From NCBI RefSeq assembly GCF_000400465.1, contig NW_008806284.1, positions 144,001 through 268,000 on the forward strand: a stretch of 124,000 nt of DNA. Direction: 5' to 3'. Shown here piece after piece: positions 64,677 through 76,150 of the stretch. The translations under genes and the position numbers were made by a program. This DNA comes from Wallemia ichthyophaga EXF-994 (lineage: Eukaryota > Fungi > Basidiomycota). The notes under the pieces were generated by a model. It had not been told where the DNA came from and made no database searches. It saw only the letters and a program-made list of their open reading frames with translations. Position 1 is the first letter of the stretch; each line of letters starts with the position of its first letter.

Positions 64677-66638
64677 TTAAAACCCTCCAGCTAACTTTGT
64701 TGCCGCTTCTCTCGCATTTATACGCTTCTTATCCGCCTTGTGTCTTGATATACTTGCCGTCGACTGTGACATGCTTTCTCTGCTTGCTGAGGTCGGTGTC
64801 GGTGTGGCCTGGGCTGGAAGTACTGATGACTGTGATAGCGTCGTGCGTGATGTATCTACTCTACCCGTCAATGCACTAGCCGAGGCACCCAGTGGATCAC
64901 TTGAGTTTGTTTGCTTGATTTGCTTATTCTGATTTTGCTCCTCATCTTGCTCCTGCTCCTGTGTCTTTTCTTGTTTCTTCTCCTGCTTCTTCTCTTGCTC
65001 ATACTCCCGCTGCTGCTCCTTCTCTTTCTCTTCCACGCCCCCCTCCACACTCCCACTCCCACCCACGTCCATCCCTTCAACCACCCTCTGGACGGCCTGC
65101 AACTCACCAATTTTAAGACGGGAGTGCTCAACACCCAAAGCGGCGTGTTCACTGAGTAGATGAACGAGATCTTCCTCTGTCTGTTTATCATGAACAGCGA
65201 GAGCCTGATGAAGATGCAGCCCTACGAGCTGAACCTGCTGAGCGAGGTTATCCTCGACAGTCTGCGCCTCTCTCAATTCACCTAGGGACGAATCCGCCCT
65301 CTGTACGTTAATCGCCCTACCACCCTTCATGCGTTCTACTGCGCGTCTCTTCGAGATAGAGCGCTGCACTGCGCGCTGATAGTCATCCTGTAGTTCGTTA
65401 CGCTGCACGAGTGTGTATCTTACTGCTCTCGCATCGCGCGCGCAATAAATTAGCCCGTCATATAGTGTCACCAGCTCTCCCGCACAATGCCGCAGTCCTA
65501 CCTCGCCCATACGCCCAGCACACCGCGAAAGCTTCTCCAAGGAATGCGCCAGACTCGGCATGTGTACTCGCTCCGCACCAGATAGGGTCAATAGTCGCTC
65601 ACTTACACTCGTCTCAGCTGTCGCACTGTCACGTTGACGACGTATCACCATCTCGAGTGTACCGACGACGCGTTGGAGTGCCTTCTCTTGATCTTTAGCT
65701 ACCGCTTGCGCTTGTATTAGGTATGCGTTGGTGTCTTCGTTCTCGTCTGCCGTATTAGTTGCGTCAGACCCGTTAGAGGCGTTGGTTGGGTCGTCGCTAT
65801 ATGCTGCGTGAACCTTTTCTTCCTTCGTCACCGCTGCCCCTCCTCCTCCTCCGCCCCAAAGCCCCAGATTAGGGAGTTTGTTGGATAGCTTAAAGTTGAT
65901 ACCCCCGCCACGTGGTTTGAACAGCTGGACAGGAACGTAGGAGAATTTGTTCATGATAAATGCACGCATATCGCTGTCGTTGTGCAAAGCAACATCCCCA
66001 CTGACCCTATCAAACCAGCGCTGAAGTGCGAGACGCACACGACGGTCATCTTCCTCTTCGCTCTGTGCGTTGGAGGAGTTGGCGGGGAGTGCGGGAATGA
66101 TAGTGGAAGGGTGTGCCTGAGTGAGCTGCTCACTCAACCGCGTCACCTCATCGTATGTGCGCTGTACACCACGATAAACAGAGCTGTTGCGAGATGTTGC
66201 TGTCCCACCGCCTGTATCATAGTCGGGGATATTCGTACTCGCGTCAAATTCAACAAGATAGTCACGTCGATTCTTGGTAATACCAGTAACGCGAATTTTG
66301 AGGAAAGGGGGGGAATCAGCCGTGGTTGTATGGTTATTACTGCTTTTAATGCTGTTGCTACCAGCAGTGGTTATGACAGATGGCTGCGCAAGTGGGGCTG
66401 TTGGCTGGCCATATATCTTAGCAGTGGAGGGTATACTGAGAGTGGATGAGTTCCTGCTGCGTGGTGGTTGCTGTGTATGCTGTTGCTGTTGACGCTCCCT
66501 TTCCCTCTCTTCCAGCGCTGGCAAAGGCTTATCCGTGGAGAGAGATGTGTGCAGTGAGTGCGACGCCGGCGCATCTTCCCAGGCGTTTGAGCTGTCGTAG
66601 AGTGTTGGAGCTGATTGGCTGAGTGGATCACTGTTCAT
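64677..66638 (-). CDS. VPS17: Retromer sorting nexin Vps17 (PX + BAR)
   Basis: FLKIRVTGITKNRRD...FDASTNIP, VQRTY.E, IIPALP, EEDDRRVR.ALQRWFDRV, BAR-like coiled region. Confidence 0.85.
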   Translation of the reverse strand: MNSDPLSQSAPTLYDSSNAWEDAPASHSLHTSLSTDKPLPALEERERERQQQQHTQQPPRSRNSSTLSIPSTAKIYGQPTAPLAQPSVITTAGSNSIKSSNNHTTTADSPPFLKIRVTGITKNRRDYLVEFDASTNIPDYDTGGGTATSRNSSVYRGVQRTYDEVTRLSEQLTQAHPSTIIPALPANSSNAQSEEEDDRRVRLALQRWFDRVSGDVALHNDSDMRAFIMNKFSYVPVQLFKPRGGGINFKLSNKLPNLGLWGGGGGGAAVTKEEKVHAAYSDDPTNASNGSDATNTADENEDTNAYLIQAQAVAKDQEKALQRVVGTLEMVIRRQRDSATAETSVSERLLTLSGAERVHMPSLAHSLEKLSRCAGRMGEVGLRHCAGELVTLYDGLIYCARDARAVRYTLVQRNELQDDYQRAVQRSISKRRAVERMKGGRAINVQRADSSLGELREAQTVEDNLAQQVQLVGLHLHQALAVHDKQTEEDLVHLLSEHAALGVEHSRLKIGELQAVQRVVEGMDVGGSGSVEGGVEEKEKEQQREYEQEKKQEKKQEKTQEQEQDEEQNQNKQIKQTNSSDPLGASASALTGRVDTSRTTLSQSSVLPAQATPTPTSASRESMSQSTASISRHKADKKRINAREAATKLAGGF

Positions 66639-66706
66639 CGTCCAGGAACAAGAAGTAAAAGAAATAAAATAAAAAATATAATTATTCAGGTTATCTGATA
66701 ACCATC

Positions 66707-67393
66707 ATGTCGAGAAGCACACAAGTTACAATCACCGCCGCACCTTGGAAATCACTGCTAGAGAATACGCTAAATGAAAATAAAGAAAAGACTAAAAATA
66801 TATTCAACGTTGCTGTTGGTACAGTCCAAGGGAATAGACCTAGAGTGAGGATGATGGTACACAGGGCATTCCAAGGAAATCTACTCCTTACGACAACTGA
66901 TATACGTATGAACAAGATACATCAATTGGAAGATTCCTACGTTGATAACAAAGGCTCACCAATCGATTATGTCTTCTGGATTGAACCTGCTATCCGTCAA
67001 TTCAGATTCACCGGTAACGCTTTCCTTCTGCCTTCACCTTGTCATCGTAATCCAACTCCCTTATCAGATTACCTCATTAATTCTGGTATCGACTTTGAGC
67101 AGAAACGCATTGACATCTATAACTCCATGTCACGCTCTTTACGCGCTTCTTTCGCTAAACCTTTCTCGCCTGGAAGTCATAGATCTTGGGATGAAAATTC
67201 TCATCCGTCTCCCGATAAAGTTGAGTCAGATGACCAAGATGAGTGGTATCAAAAGGGCTTAGACAACTTTGCATTGCTCGTTGTAGACCCATTTCAAGTT
67301 GATTACTGCGATCTCCTCACTCAACCAAATCAACGTAAGGTATTCACACTCAACGAGCAAAACGCGTGGATTGAAGAGGATGTACACCCATAA
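66707..67393 (+). CDS. Pyridoxamine 5'-phosphate oxidase-like FMN-binding protein
   Basis: PRVRMMVHR, TTDIRMNK, VFWI....RQFRF, NFALL, C-terminal W.EEDVHP. Confidence 0.82.
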   Translation: MSRSTQVTITAAPWKSLLENTLNENKEKTKNIFNVAVGTVQGNRPRVRMMVHRAFQGNLLLTTTDIRMNKIHQLEDSYVDNKGSPIDYVFWIEPAIRQFRFTGNAFLLPSPCHRNPTPLSDYLINSGIDFEQKRIDIYNSMSRSLRASFAKPFSPGSHRSWDENSHPSPDKVESDDQDEWYQKGLDNFALLVVDPFQVDYCDLLTQPNQRKVFTLNEQNAWIEEDVHP

Positions 67394-67414
67394 TGTATAT
67401 AATCATATAAAATC

Positions 67415-68146
67415 TTAATCCAAACTTAAATTGATCGCTGGCATTTCATTCTGTCGCTTGTTAGACGTAGTAACGGGTGTATTACCACCAGATTCATCCT
67501 CCACCTCCATGAATTTTACTCTTTGTCTGTGTAGTAACGGCAGCTTAGGCGTGAGCGTTACCAACAAAGCCACAAAGTTGAATGCAAATAACCAGCTCTG
67601 AAATTTGGTATAGTGAGTTGAAATCAAGAACAATCCAATTGGCACACAGGTAAGCCACTTGCGAGCAGGCGTATACTGAGCACCGCCATCAATCTGTTCC
67701 CAGAATGTAAGCTCATCCCATGCGCCATTGTTGCTCTCAAAAGGAACTCCCTTGACGTGATGGAACATGAGGAACGTGACTGCCATATAACCGCAGTTAA
67801 CCAGTGTCCAGCTGATTTCCTGTGTCATTCCAGGTAAAGCGTCTATTAACAGCTTCCCAAGCGTCACGAGCACTACATGCATCAGCCACGCGCCTTTGAA
67901 ATTTACCCAGTCAGCGTTGTAGTTGTTCAGTGCTCCTTGATCTAGCGTCTCCTGTGCATCTGCTGGTACTTCCTGTAAACTAACAAGCGATGACGATCTC
68001 CCCCTCCTTCTCCTCTGCGGCGGTGGTTGTGATTGTGATTGTGCTTGCGTCTGGTGTGCGCTCCCACTGCCGCCACCACTCCCACTCCCACTCTCCTCTC
68101 CTGATATCACCAGACTCGGTATTGGCGGTGTTGTTCGCGCTGTCAT
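67415..68146 (-). CDS. ORM1: ORMDL-family sphingolipid homeostasis protein
   Basis: NADWVNFKGAWLMH, MFHHVKGVPF, LTFWEQID.GAQYTPARKWL, PKLP.LH. Confidence 0.95.
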   Translation of the reverse strand: MTARTTPPIPSLVISGEESGSGSGGGSGSAHQTQAQSQSQPPPQRRRRGRSSSLVSLQEVPADAQETLDQGALNNYNADWVNFKGAWLMHVVLVTLGKLLIDALPGMTQEISWTLVNCGYMAVTFLMFHHVKGVPFESNNGAWDELTFWEQIDGGAQYTPARKWLTCVPIGLFLISTHYTKFQSWLFAFNFVALLVTLTPKLPLLHRQRVKFMEVEDESGGNTPVTTSNKRQNEMPAINLSLD

Positions 68147-69153
68147 TTCTCCTCGCTTTTGCTCTTCGCTGTTGTGAATCAACCGTTCTTTGGGTGTTTT
68201 CCCACTTACGTTTTCTTTTTTCTTGTTTATTCATTTGCCTTGTTATTATAACACTCCTCTGTTCTCTAATTATTCCCTCCACGCTGCTTTCATTTCCCGC
68301 TGCACTGCAAAATCCTCGGCTGGAATGCTTCTCAAGCTTATCATACGCAGTATATCCGTTACCAGTCACAGCTCGCTCTCACTCACTCTCTCGCCCTCTC
68401 TCACCATGTGGAGACGCTGGTGGAGGCGTGCCTGACTTCCTATCCCGCCCCAACGCAATCTAACGCAATCACAGACGTGTTGGAGGCATGTAGCACACTC
68501 CACACTACCTGAGCTGACCATGAGCCTGAGCGTATCAGTAGCTCTGTCGTTGCACAACATTCTCCACGCGTTGTGCCATCTTTGTCTTGCAGCCGCGAGT
68601 GCCTTTTAGCAACTACAAATACACATATACTCCCTTTTCCACCTCAACACCGCCCAATGGCCACTTTTTCCTTACAGTCGACATTGAGTCCAGTAGTCCA
68701 GTGGAAGCCGTCCAATTTCACGTGTCCTTACGCAACATGCGTTGTGAAGGATTCTTACGTGTGTTGTGTGTGTTATTAGGTCTTTATCTGTTCAAACAAC
68801 CGAATCACACCATTGAATCGCGTGCCTGCCCTATTATCTGCCCATTTGAGCTCGTTGGAATGATGCTGATGCGGCTGTCACAATAGCAAGCTCAATGACG
68901 TGTTCGTCACAACACTGTAATCACTGCAGACCACGCCAGATTTGGGAAATTTGGAGCACCTAGCTGTTCGAGGAGGTCGAGGGTGCTTCTATTGCGACTG
69001 GCTCTGCCCTATACTCGGTACCGTTCCAGCCAGACAGGTATATCTCAAGAGAGAAATTCGGAATATATAGATGCACACTCATCATATCCCGCTTTCTGAG
69101 ATTCCAACGCAGCCTTGACCGCTTTCATACACCCATTATACGAAATTTCAAAC

Positions 69154-69330
69154 TGCACCTGATCGACCCAAAACTCCGATTTCAGAGTTTGGCTGACCCC
69201 CTCTTTTCTCTGCATAAATAGCTTTTAAAAGGTATAAAGTGAGGTGAAACAGCAATGATTTTCTCCTGGTTTCGATTTTAAATCTTCTGGAAGCAACTCA
69301 AGTCGACTTGTCTGGGTGCGCAACACGCCT
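69154..69330 (+). repeat. Older, diverged partial copy of the ENA-flanking repeat
   Basis: tgcacctgatcgacccaaaactccgatttcagagtttggctgacccc..ttttctctgcata aligns with the 5' end of the 69717 and 74404 copies; similarity fades after ~150 bp. Confidence 0.6.
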
Positions 69331-69716
69331 TTCGAGGGGTAAATACTTGAGCTTTTTGGAAACAAGCTGAAGCATATCAGCGGAGCCCTTGAATTATTTT
69401 GTATCTTCCTAATTGAAGCATCGGTATGTGGCGGTATTTGCACGATAGCTTGCTCAATGACGTATACGTCACAGCACCAAAACGATTAGCAATATAAACG
69501 TTCTTGGTTTCGTCATGTAGCGAGCAACTGTGTAAATAGGAGACAGGTAAGCTTTTCATAAATAGCCCAGTGATTTTTTCTGTCCTAGTTCAATTGCATG
69601 TGTCATTGTGAAGGAGTAGTGTAGTAGCTAAAAATATCTTAGCGTAGTAAACTGACTTCTGCAATTTCAAATTGGCCTCAAATCCCCCTTATCATGATAA
69701 GTCGATTTTCCGAAAT

Positions 69717-70139
69717 GCACCTGGTCAAGCCAAACCCCCCTGATTTCGGAGTTTTCGATGACACCCACTTTTCTCTGCATACCTCTGTTTTTCCAAGCGT
69801 GAAGTGAGCGAAATGGCAAAAACTTTTCTTTGGTGCCAACTTTGAGTCGTGTAGACGCTACGCAACATAAAACGTTTTTCGCGTTTATAGGGCCAAATAT
69901 TTGAGATGTTTGGGTGCTTGCGATCTCTATAAATCAAAATGACTTGCTTTAATCGATTGAGCGCGTTATTCTCTCATTGTCTTGTTTATTTCGTGCTCTA
70001 AAGCAATTTAGATTTATTCCTTCCGATCAGCTTGCAAGGCGCGATAAGGAGCGCCAAGGATACAAGTTTGGCAAAGTCATATTCATTTCAATCATAGCTT
70101 CCAATAAAGCTATTTAATTTGGAGATCATCAATAGTCGT
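69717..70139 (+). repeat. ~420 bp direct repeat, copy 1 (upstream of ENA)
   Basis: Near-identical to 74404-74823 except a few changes at the 5' end; both copies give the same spurious ORF MIYRDRKHPNISN... Confidence 0.97.
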
Positions 70140-70642
70140 TAGTCTTTCAGCCATATTGAGATGGCAGACGTCGAGGAAATCGGATATAGACGACAAAGAT
70201 AGCTCTGGGGTCCTCGGAATCCCATGAGAGTAATTGTCAAGCTATATTGCATGCAACGGGAGACGTTCATACCAAATTAATTGTTGCAAGGGTGTTAATC
70301 TGGCAAAAGTCTCTTCAATCAGTCAACTCTACCTTCAGATCCAATCCATTTGCCATCGCTTCGTTTTACTCCGGTCTTCATATTCCTGAAACATGCCAAG
70401 AATGCTCGGCACGCGCTACCCACTCACCACCAATAAGCCCAGCATTACAGCAAAGCTATAGGAAATGCTACGACTAAATACCTGAAGGCTGCTTTCTTCG
70501 AAATTTCACCACTTTAATTTCGCAAGCGTGCGAATAACCTGAATGATCTCCTCCAATACAAGTACCTCATCAACTGCCGAGAGCTATAAAATTTATAAGC
70601 AAAATTAAAATGCGCTCACTCCGCGAGTCATTCTCATCAACA

Positions 70643-73600
70643 ATGACAATGTTTTCAAACAAACAAACTGAAAAGTTCTCATCTACTGAAAAATCTGATC
70701 AAAGTGGGTATCGCGCGGGGTTGCTGCCGCATAGCTAAAGTTATCATACAGCTCCAGCTCATGTGAGAGACTCGTCCGACATTCTCCATGAACACAGCGT
70801 CGATCCTTTACTGGGCCTTTCTTTCGACAGGGTCGATCAACTGCAGAAAGAATTCGGTCCTAACAGACTGAGACCTCCGCCCAAGCCATCTTTACTAAAG
70901 ATATTCGGTACGCAGCTCGGTAACGCTGTAAGTCTTATTGTGATATCATCTCATAATCTCACATGTCGTCATTGCAGATGACACTGGTTCTGATAGCTGC
71001 AATGGCTGTCTCTTTCGGTACACAAGACTGGATCGAAGCAGGAGTTATTGCTGCTCTCGTTATTCTCAACGTCACTGTCGGATTTACCCAGGAGTGGAAG
71101 GCTGAAAAGACAGTTGCTGCCCTAGAAAGCGTGAGTGCTTTGGTCCGTACAAAATAGCCACACTCTGACTTACAAATTCAGGTCGGAAGTCCTGTCGCTG
71201 TTGTTGTACGCCACGATGCTTCAAACAAAGGTCGTGAAGGAAAAATTATCGATGTTCAAACCGACGAAGTAGTTCCAGGTGACATTATGATGGTTAAAAT
71301 CGGAGATATCATTCCTGCTGATGGGAGAGTTATTGACAATCACATCTCCAACCTGGAAGTAGACGAAGCCTTGTTGACAGGTGAATCACTACCAGTCTCT
71401 AAGCAAACTGAGACCCTCGATGACAAAACATGCCCGGTTGGTGATCGTATTAATATGGTTTTCTCCGGTAGTCAAGTGACAAAAGGCAGGGCTAGATGCG
71501 TAGTCACCTCGATAGGGATGAAAACTGAGCTCGGTGCTATATCCGAGGCTTTGGCAACGAAAGCTGATTCTAAGAAACGCGGCTGGAGAAGATTTTGGGA
71601 GAAGACCCAAGTTTTCTTAGGTGTTAAAGGTACAACGCCACTTCAAATCAAATTGAATAAGTTAGCTTATTTACTACTGGTATTAGCAATCATATTCGCC
71701 ATCGTCGTCGTTAGTTCGACTGGATACGTCGACATCCCAGATTCTACCGCAACTTACGCAGTCGCTACTGCTATTTCTCTTTTACCTGCTTCGCTCATTG
71801 CTGTAGTGTCGCTTACACTTGCAACATCTTCGAGAGAGCTAGCTAAGAGGAATGCATTGGTTCGTAAGATGGACGCTATTGAAACCTTGGCAGGGGTAAC
71901 GGATATCTGTTCAGACAAGACCGGTACAATCACTGTTGGAAGAATGGTTCTGAAGAAGGCCTGGGTACCTTCACGTTTTGAAGCACCGGATACCAAAGTT
72001 GGACAAACCTATGCCGTCGAATCGGGTAAAGATCCTTACTATCCAAGAGGCACAATACAAGCACAGGATGATAATGACGACGACAATGAAAGTGGTATAT
72101 CAGATAGCGATGCCGTTCATGTGAATGAATTGGATTCTTCATTCCAGGAACTCGTTCAATCGGCTGCACTCAACAATATGGCAACAATTTCAGCTAGTGA
72201 CGAAGGAGGGGACTGGGATGCTCAAGGAGATCCAACGGAAATCGCTTTACAAGTCTTCTCTCACAAGGCTGGCCACGGTAAACCTCACTTGACTCATCCA
72301 CCTAAACACAGAACAAAGAAGGAAGATCATCCTGCACCTAAAGCCGATGTAGACGGTCACTTTGAGATACTAATCGAACATCCCTTCGATTCATCTATAA
72401 AGAGAATGACTACCGCATGGAAGTTGGTTGGTGCTCAGGGCGGTGACGACGATGATTCCAAGCAACATATTTTCATTTACATGAAGGGTGCAGTCGAGAG
72501 GGTGTTAGAAAGATGTACACATGTTTCAATAGGTGATAAATCAATAGAGATGTCAGAGGAAGCCAAAGATGACATCATCAAGAAGATGGACCAATTAGCA
72601 GCTGAGGGTTTGCGTGTTTTGGCTCTGGCTGGAAGAACAGACCGTCTTTCAAATGCCCAGACTGTGAAGGAGACTAAAAGAGATGATGTAGAAAATTGTT
72701 TCGGACTGTTAGGCTTAGTTGGTATATTTGATCCGCCAAGACCTGAGTCTAAAGGGGCTGTCTACGATTCAAGACGCGCTTCGATAGTTGTGAGAATGCT
72801 TACAGGTGATCATGCAGCAACAGCTGCATCCATCGCAATGTCAGTGGGCATTCTAGATAAGAATCACTCAAAATCTGCTGTAATGACTGGCCAGCAATTT
72901 GATGCAATGACTGATGAAGAGGTAGATGCACTTGAAGAACTCCCCGTTGTGGTAGCGAGATGTGCTCCTGAAACTAAGACTGGATTCGTTGATGCCTTAC
73001 ATCGTCGCAAACGTTTAACTGTTATGACCGGTGATGGTGTGAACGATTCACCTGCATTGAAGAGAGCCGATGTTGGAGTCGCAATGGGACTTAATGGCTC
73101 AGATGTTGCAAAAGGTGCTGCCGATATCGTATTGGCAGATGATAACTTCTCAACTTGTGTTCGTGCAGTCAGAAAGGGTAGATCAGTTTTTACGAACTTA
73201 TCAAAGTTTCTGGTCTACTTGCTAGCTAGTAATGTGTCTGAAGTCTTGGTTTTACTCGTTGGATTAGCTGTTCGTTCTGATGGCGATGCTGTCTACCCTA
73301 TTTCACCAGTCGGTGCACTGTAAGTGGAGAGTATGCTATGTGGATTGTCTGACAAATATCAAAGCGTAATCAATACTCTTACTATTGGCCCAGTAGCTTT
73401 TGCTCTGGGTGTCGAGCCTACGGCAGATGACACTATGCTTCAACCACCTAGCAACTTCTTCACGATATTCACGCCTAGATGGTTTATGGATTTATTCGCC
73501 TTTGGAATTATGGCGGGTGCACTATGTTTTGCTAATTTCATTATTGTCATCTATGGAAGAAACGATGGCAATGAAGATGTTTCTGCAAGTTGCAACGAAG

Positions 73601-74107
73601 GTGCTGTCAATAGTGAATGTGAAGTGATATATAGGGCAAGAGCGGCAACATATGCCTCACTTTTGCTCATGCTGATGGTCCTAGCATTCGATTGCAAACA
73701 TAGTACTCGCAGGTAGGTAAATTGTAGTACTAAAGTCCTCATCCTAATAACCTATTGCAGCGTTTTCAAGATGAATCTACTAGACAACAAGCTTTTAATT
73801 TGGTCAGTTGCTCTGCTTTCGCTCAGTGTCTTTCCAGTTATCTACATTCCCGGTGAGGTGTATCTTCCTCTAACATCACATTCTCATATGATTATTAGTC
73901 ATTAAAGATCGCGTTTTTCAAGTTACTGGTATTGGCTGGGAATGGGGTATGATTGCGGCAACAGTTTTGGTTTACTTTGGTTACTTAGAAGTCTACAAAG
74001 CTATCAAGCGTTTGTATGAGAGAAGACTGATGAGAAATAGTGACCTGGAAAATTCAAATGGGAAGGAAATTCGAATGGCACCAACGATGGAGCCTAATAC
74101 TGTTTAA
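70643..74107 (+). CDS. ENA: ENA-type (P2D) Na+/K+-exporting P-type ATPase, multi-exon
   Basis: QDWIEAGVI, LTGES, CSDKTGT, GDPTE, EHPFDS..KRM, DPPRPES, MTGQQFD, ARCAPETK, GDGVNDSPALK. Confidence 0.9.
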
Positions 74108-74403
74108 ATAAATTACACTATACTTATCGCTGACATAGTTGATATCTTCATGTCCACAGGCAGAGAGAGTAGGAGGCAATAAGTATCAATGTAAAGAAGC
74201 TTATTTTACCCTCTTGATCTGATTATGCGCGCTCATATCCTGATTGGCGTTGCGCAACGCTCTGTAATCGTTGAACCAATATTGGCATGTTGCGGGGATA
74301 GTGATTTGGAATTTCGAAATTATACATTCTTATTATAGGGACTTCTAAAATCCCAGCGCATCCTTAACCCCCTTCATACTTTCATTGCTTGACATAGCGA
74401 ATT

Positions 74404-74823
74404 GCATCTGGTCGAGCCAAACCCCGATTTCAGAGTTTTCGATGACACCCACTTTTCTCTGCATACCTCTGTTTTTCCAAGCGTGAAGTGAGCGAAATGG
74501 CAAAAACTTTTCTTTGGTGCCAACTTTGAGTCGTGTAGACGCTACGCAACATAAAACGTTTTTCGCGTTTATAGGGCCAAATATTTGAGATGTTTGGGTG
74601 CTTGCGATCTCTATAAATCAAAATGACTTGCTTTAATCGATTGAGCGCGTTATTCTCTCATTGTCTTGTTTATTTCGTGCTCTAAAGCAATTTAGATTTA
74701 TTCCTTCCGATCAGCTTGCAAGGCGCGATAAGGAGCGCCAAGGATACAAGTTTGGCAAAGTCATATTCATTTCAATCATAGCTTCCAATAAAGCTATTTA
74801 ATTTGGAGATCATCAATAGTCGT
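74404..74823 (+). repeat. ~420 bp direct repeat, copy 2 (downstream of ENA)
   Basis: Same sequence as 69717-70139; the flanks differ after ...catcaatagtcgt. Confidence 0.97.
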
Positions 74824-75352
74824 ATATCATCTGAGGTGGTAGAGGAGAATTCCAAGTTGGTGGGTATTGAGCGGAGGGTTGAAATGAGGATGCATTTGGA
74901 ATGCTGAAGCTGCAAAGGAAATAATGGTCTTGCTAAATTGTTGAAATTGTGAGTATATGATATGATATTTCCGCGTTTGTCTTCTCACTAACTTGGTAAT
75001 TTCCGGTTACCTTCAGCAGATCTAAATCAACAAAAATGGTTCATGATTTTGCAAGCTTCTGATATTTCTAACAAAAAGTGCTCAAAGCTCAATGTCATCC
75101 CACAATCACATCTTGAAGTCATCAGATATGTAGACACGATTTCCAGTTTGAGTGTTTGTGGGGTTTAACTTGAGGAATAGCTTAGTTCTATGTCCAAGCA
75201 CTTCTTAATTTTGAAACTGAGCGGAGGTAACGAAGGAAGAAGGCAGATTCAAGGCACAAAAAGGGATGAAAAGCACGAAGCAGCAGCCGGCTGGTAAACA
75301 ATCAAAATGATATTATTGTACATGGCCATCTGTATAAAAGTTAATTATTGTT

Positions 75353-76084
75353 TTAAATGAAACAACTGAAGTGCAAAACAAGGGAGATGGAAATAGTAGC
75401 GACAAAGGCGACGACGTGGGAGTGATTGTAGCCATTTGCATTTGATGTCTCAGAATCTAAATTGACTTCATCCTGTTTAGATCCACCACCGTTCTTGATT
75501 TTCTCTTCAGCCGCATCAGATGCAGGGTAGTTGTGATGCAAAGGCAGAGTATCTTGATCGATAGGACCTTCTCTAAGTGATCCGATACCCCATGGAGTAT
75601 CCTTTCCAGATTTAGGCTGGGTTTCGTGGGAAGGTGGTTCAGAATCGCCATTTTCACCTGTAATGGTAAATCTAGTCGACCATGCTTTGTCGGTTGCATT
75701 TTCAGAGTTGTAGAATTGCAAAAAGTAGATTTGGGAGTGTGGGGTGACTGTGTCTGGGAGTGTCCAATTTATTTTGCCCTGGTCCTTGTTTGGTACGCTA
75801 ATATTTTCTGCAACTTTGCCAACGAAGACCTGAGCGGTAGGTTAGAGTAATGTTGACAAGGTGATACCAGAACTCACCGTGTACAAATCAGGACCAGTCA
75901 TCAAATCAATAGAGAATTTATTCCATATTTCCGCTTTGTTTTCAGTATCGACATCAAATTTAATGGTCTGGTTGGATCCGACGGCCCATTTCGAGTCTGG
76001 AGAAGGTTCGGTGGGTAAGACTTTCGCTAAGACATTCGTTGAAAGAAGAGCAAGTAAAAGGTTTAGACAAAAGTATAACATGGT
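75353..76084 (-). CDS. Secreted GPI-anchored protein (Kre9/Knh1-like N-terminal domain), 2 exons
   Basis: Signal peptide MLYFCLNLLLALLSTNVLA; PSPDSKW..G....I; IDLMTGP; WSTRFTI; hydrophobic C-terminus. Confidence 0.78.
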
Positions 76085-76150
76085 TGGTGTATAAGAGATA
76101 GCATTTCGAATATTGAGCAAGGTTTAGACTAAATCGGTAGATTGGAATGT

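Noticed and set aside
69725-69937. Identical short ORF MIYRDRKHPN... in both ENA-flanking repeats
   Set aside because: It has different stops in the two copies and no protein-like features; it is explained by the DNA duplication itself.
69717-74823. Interpretation as an LTR retrotransposon (two LTRs plus interior)
   Set aside because: The interior is an intron-containing ENA gene. There is no gag/pol, no TG..CA termini, no PBS/PPT and no target-site duplication.
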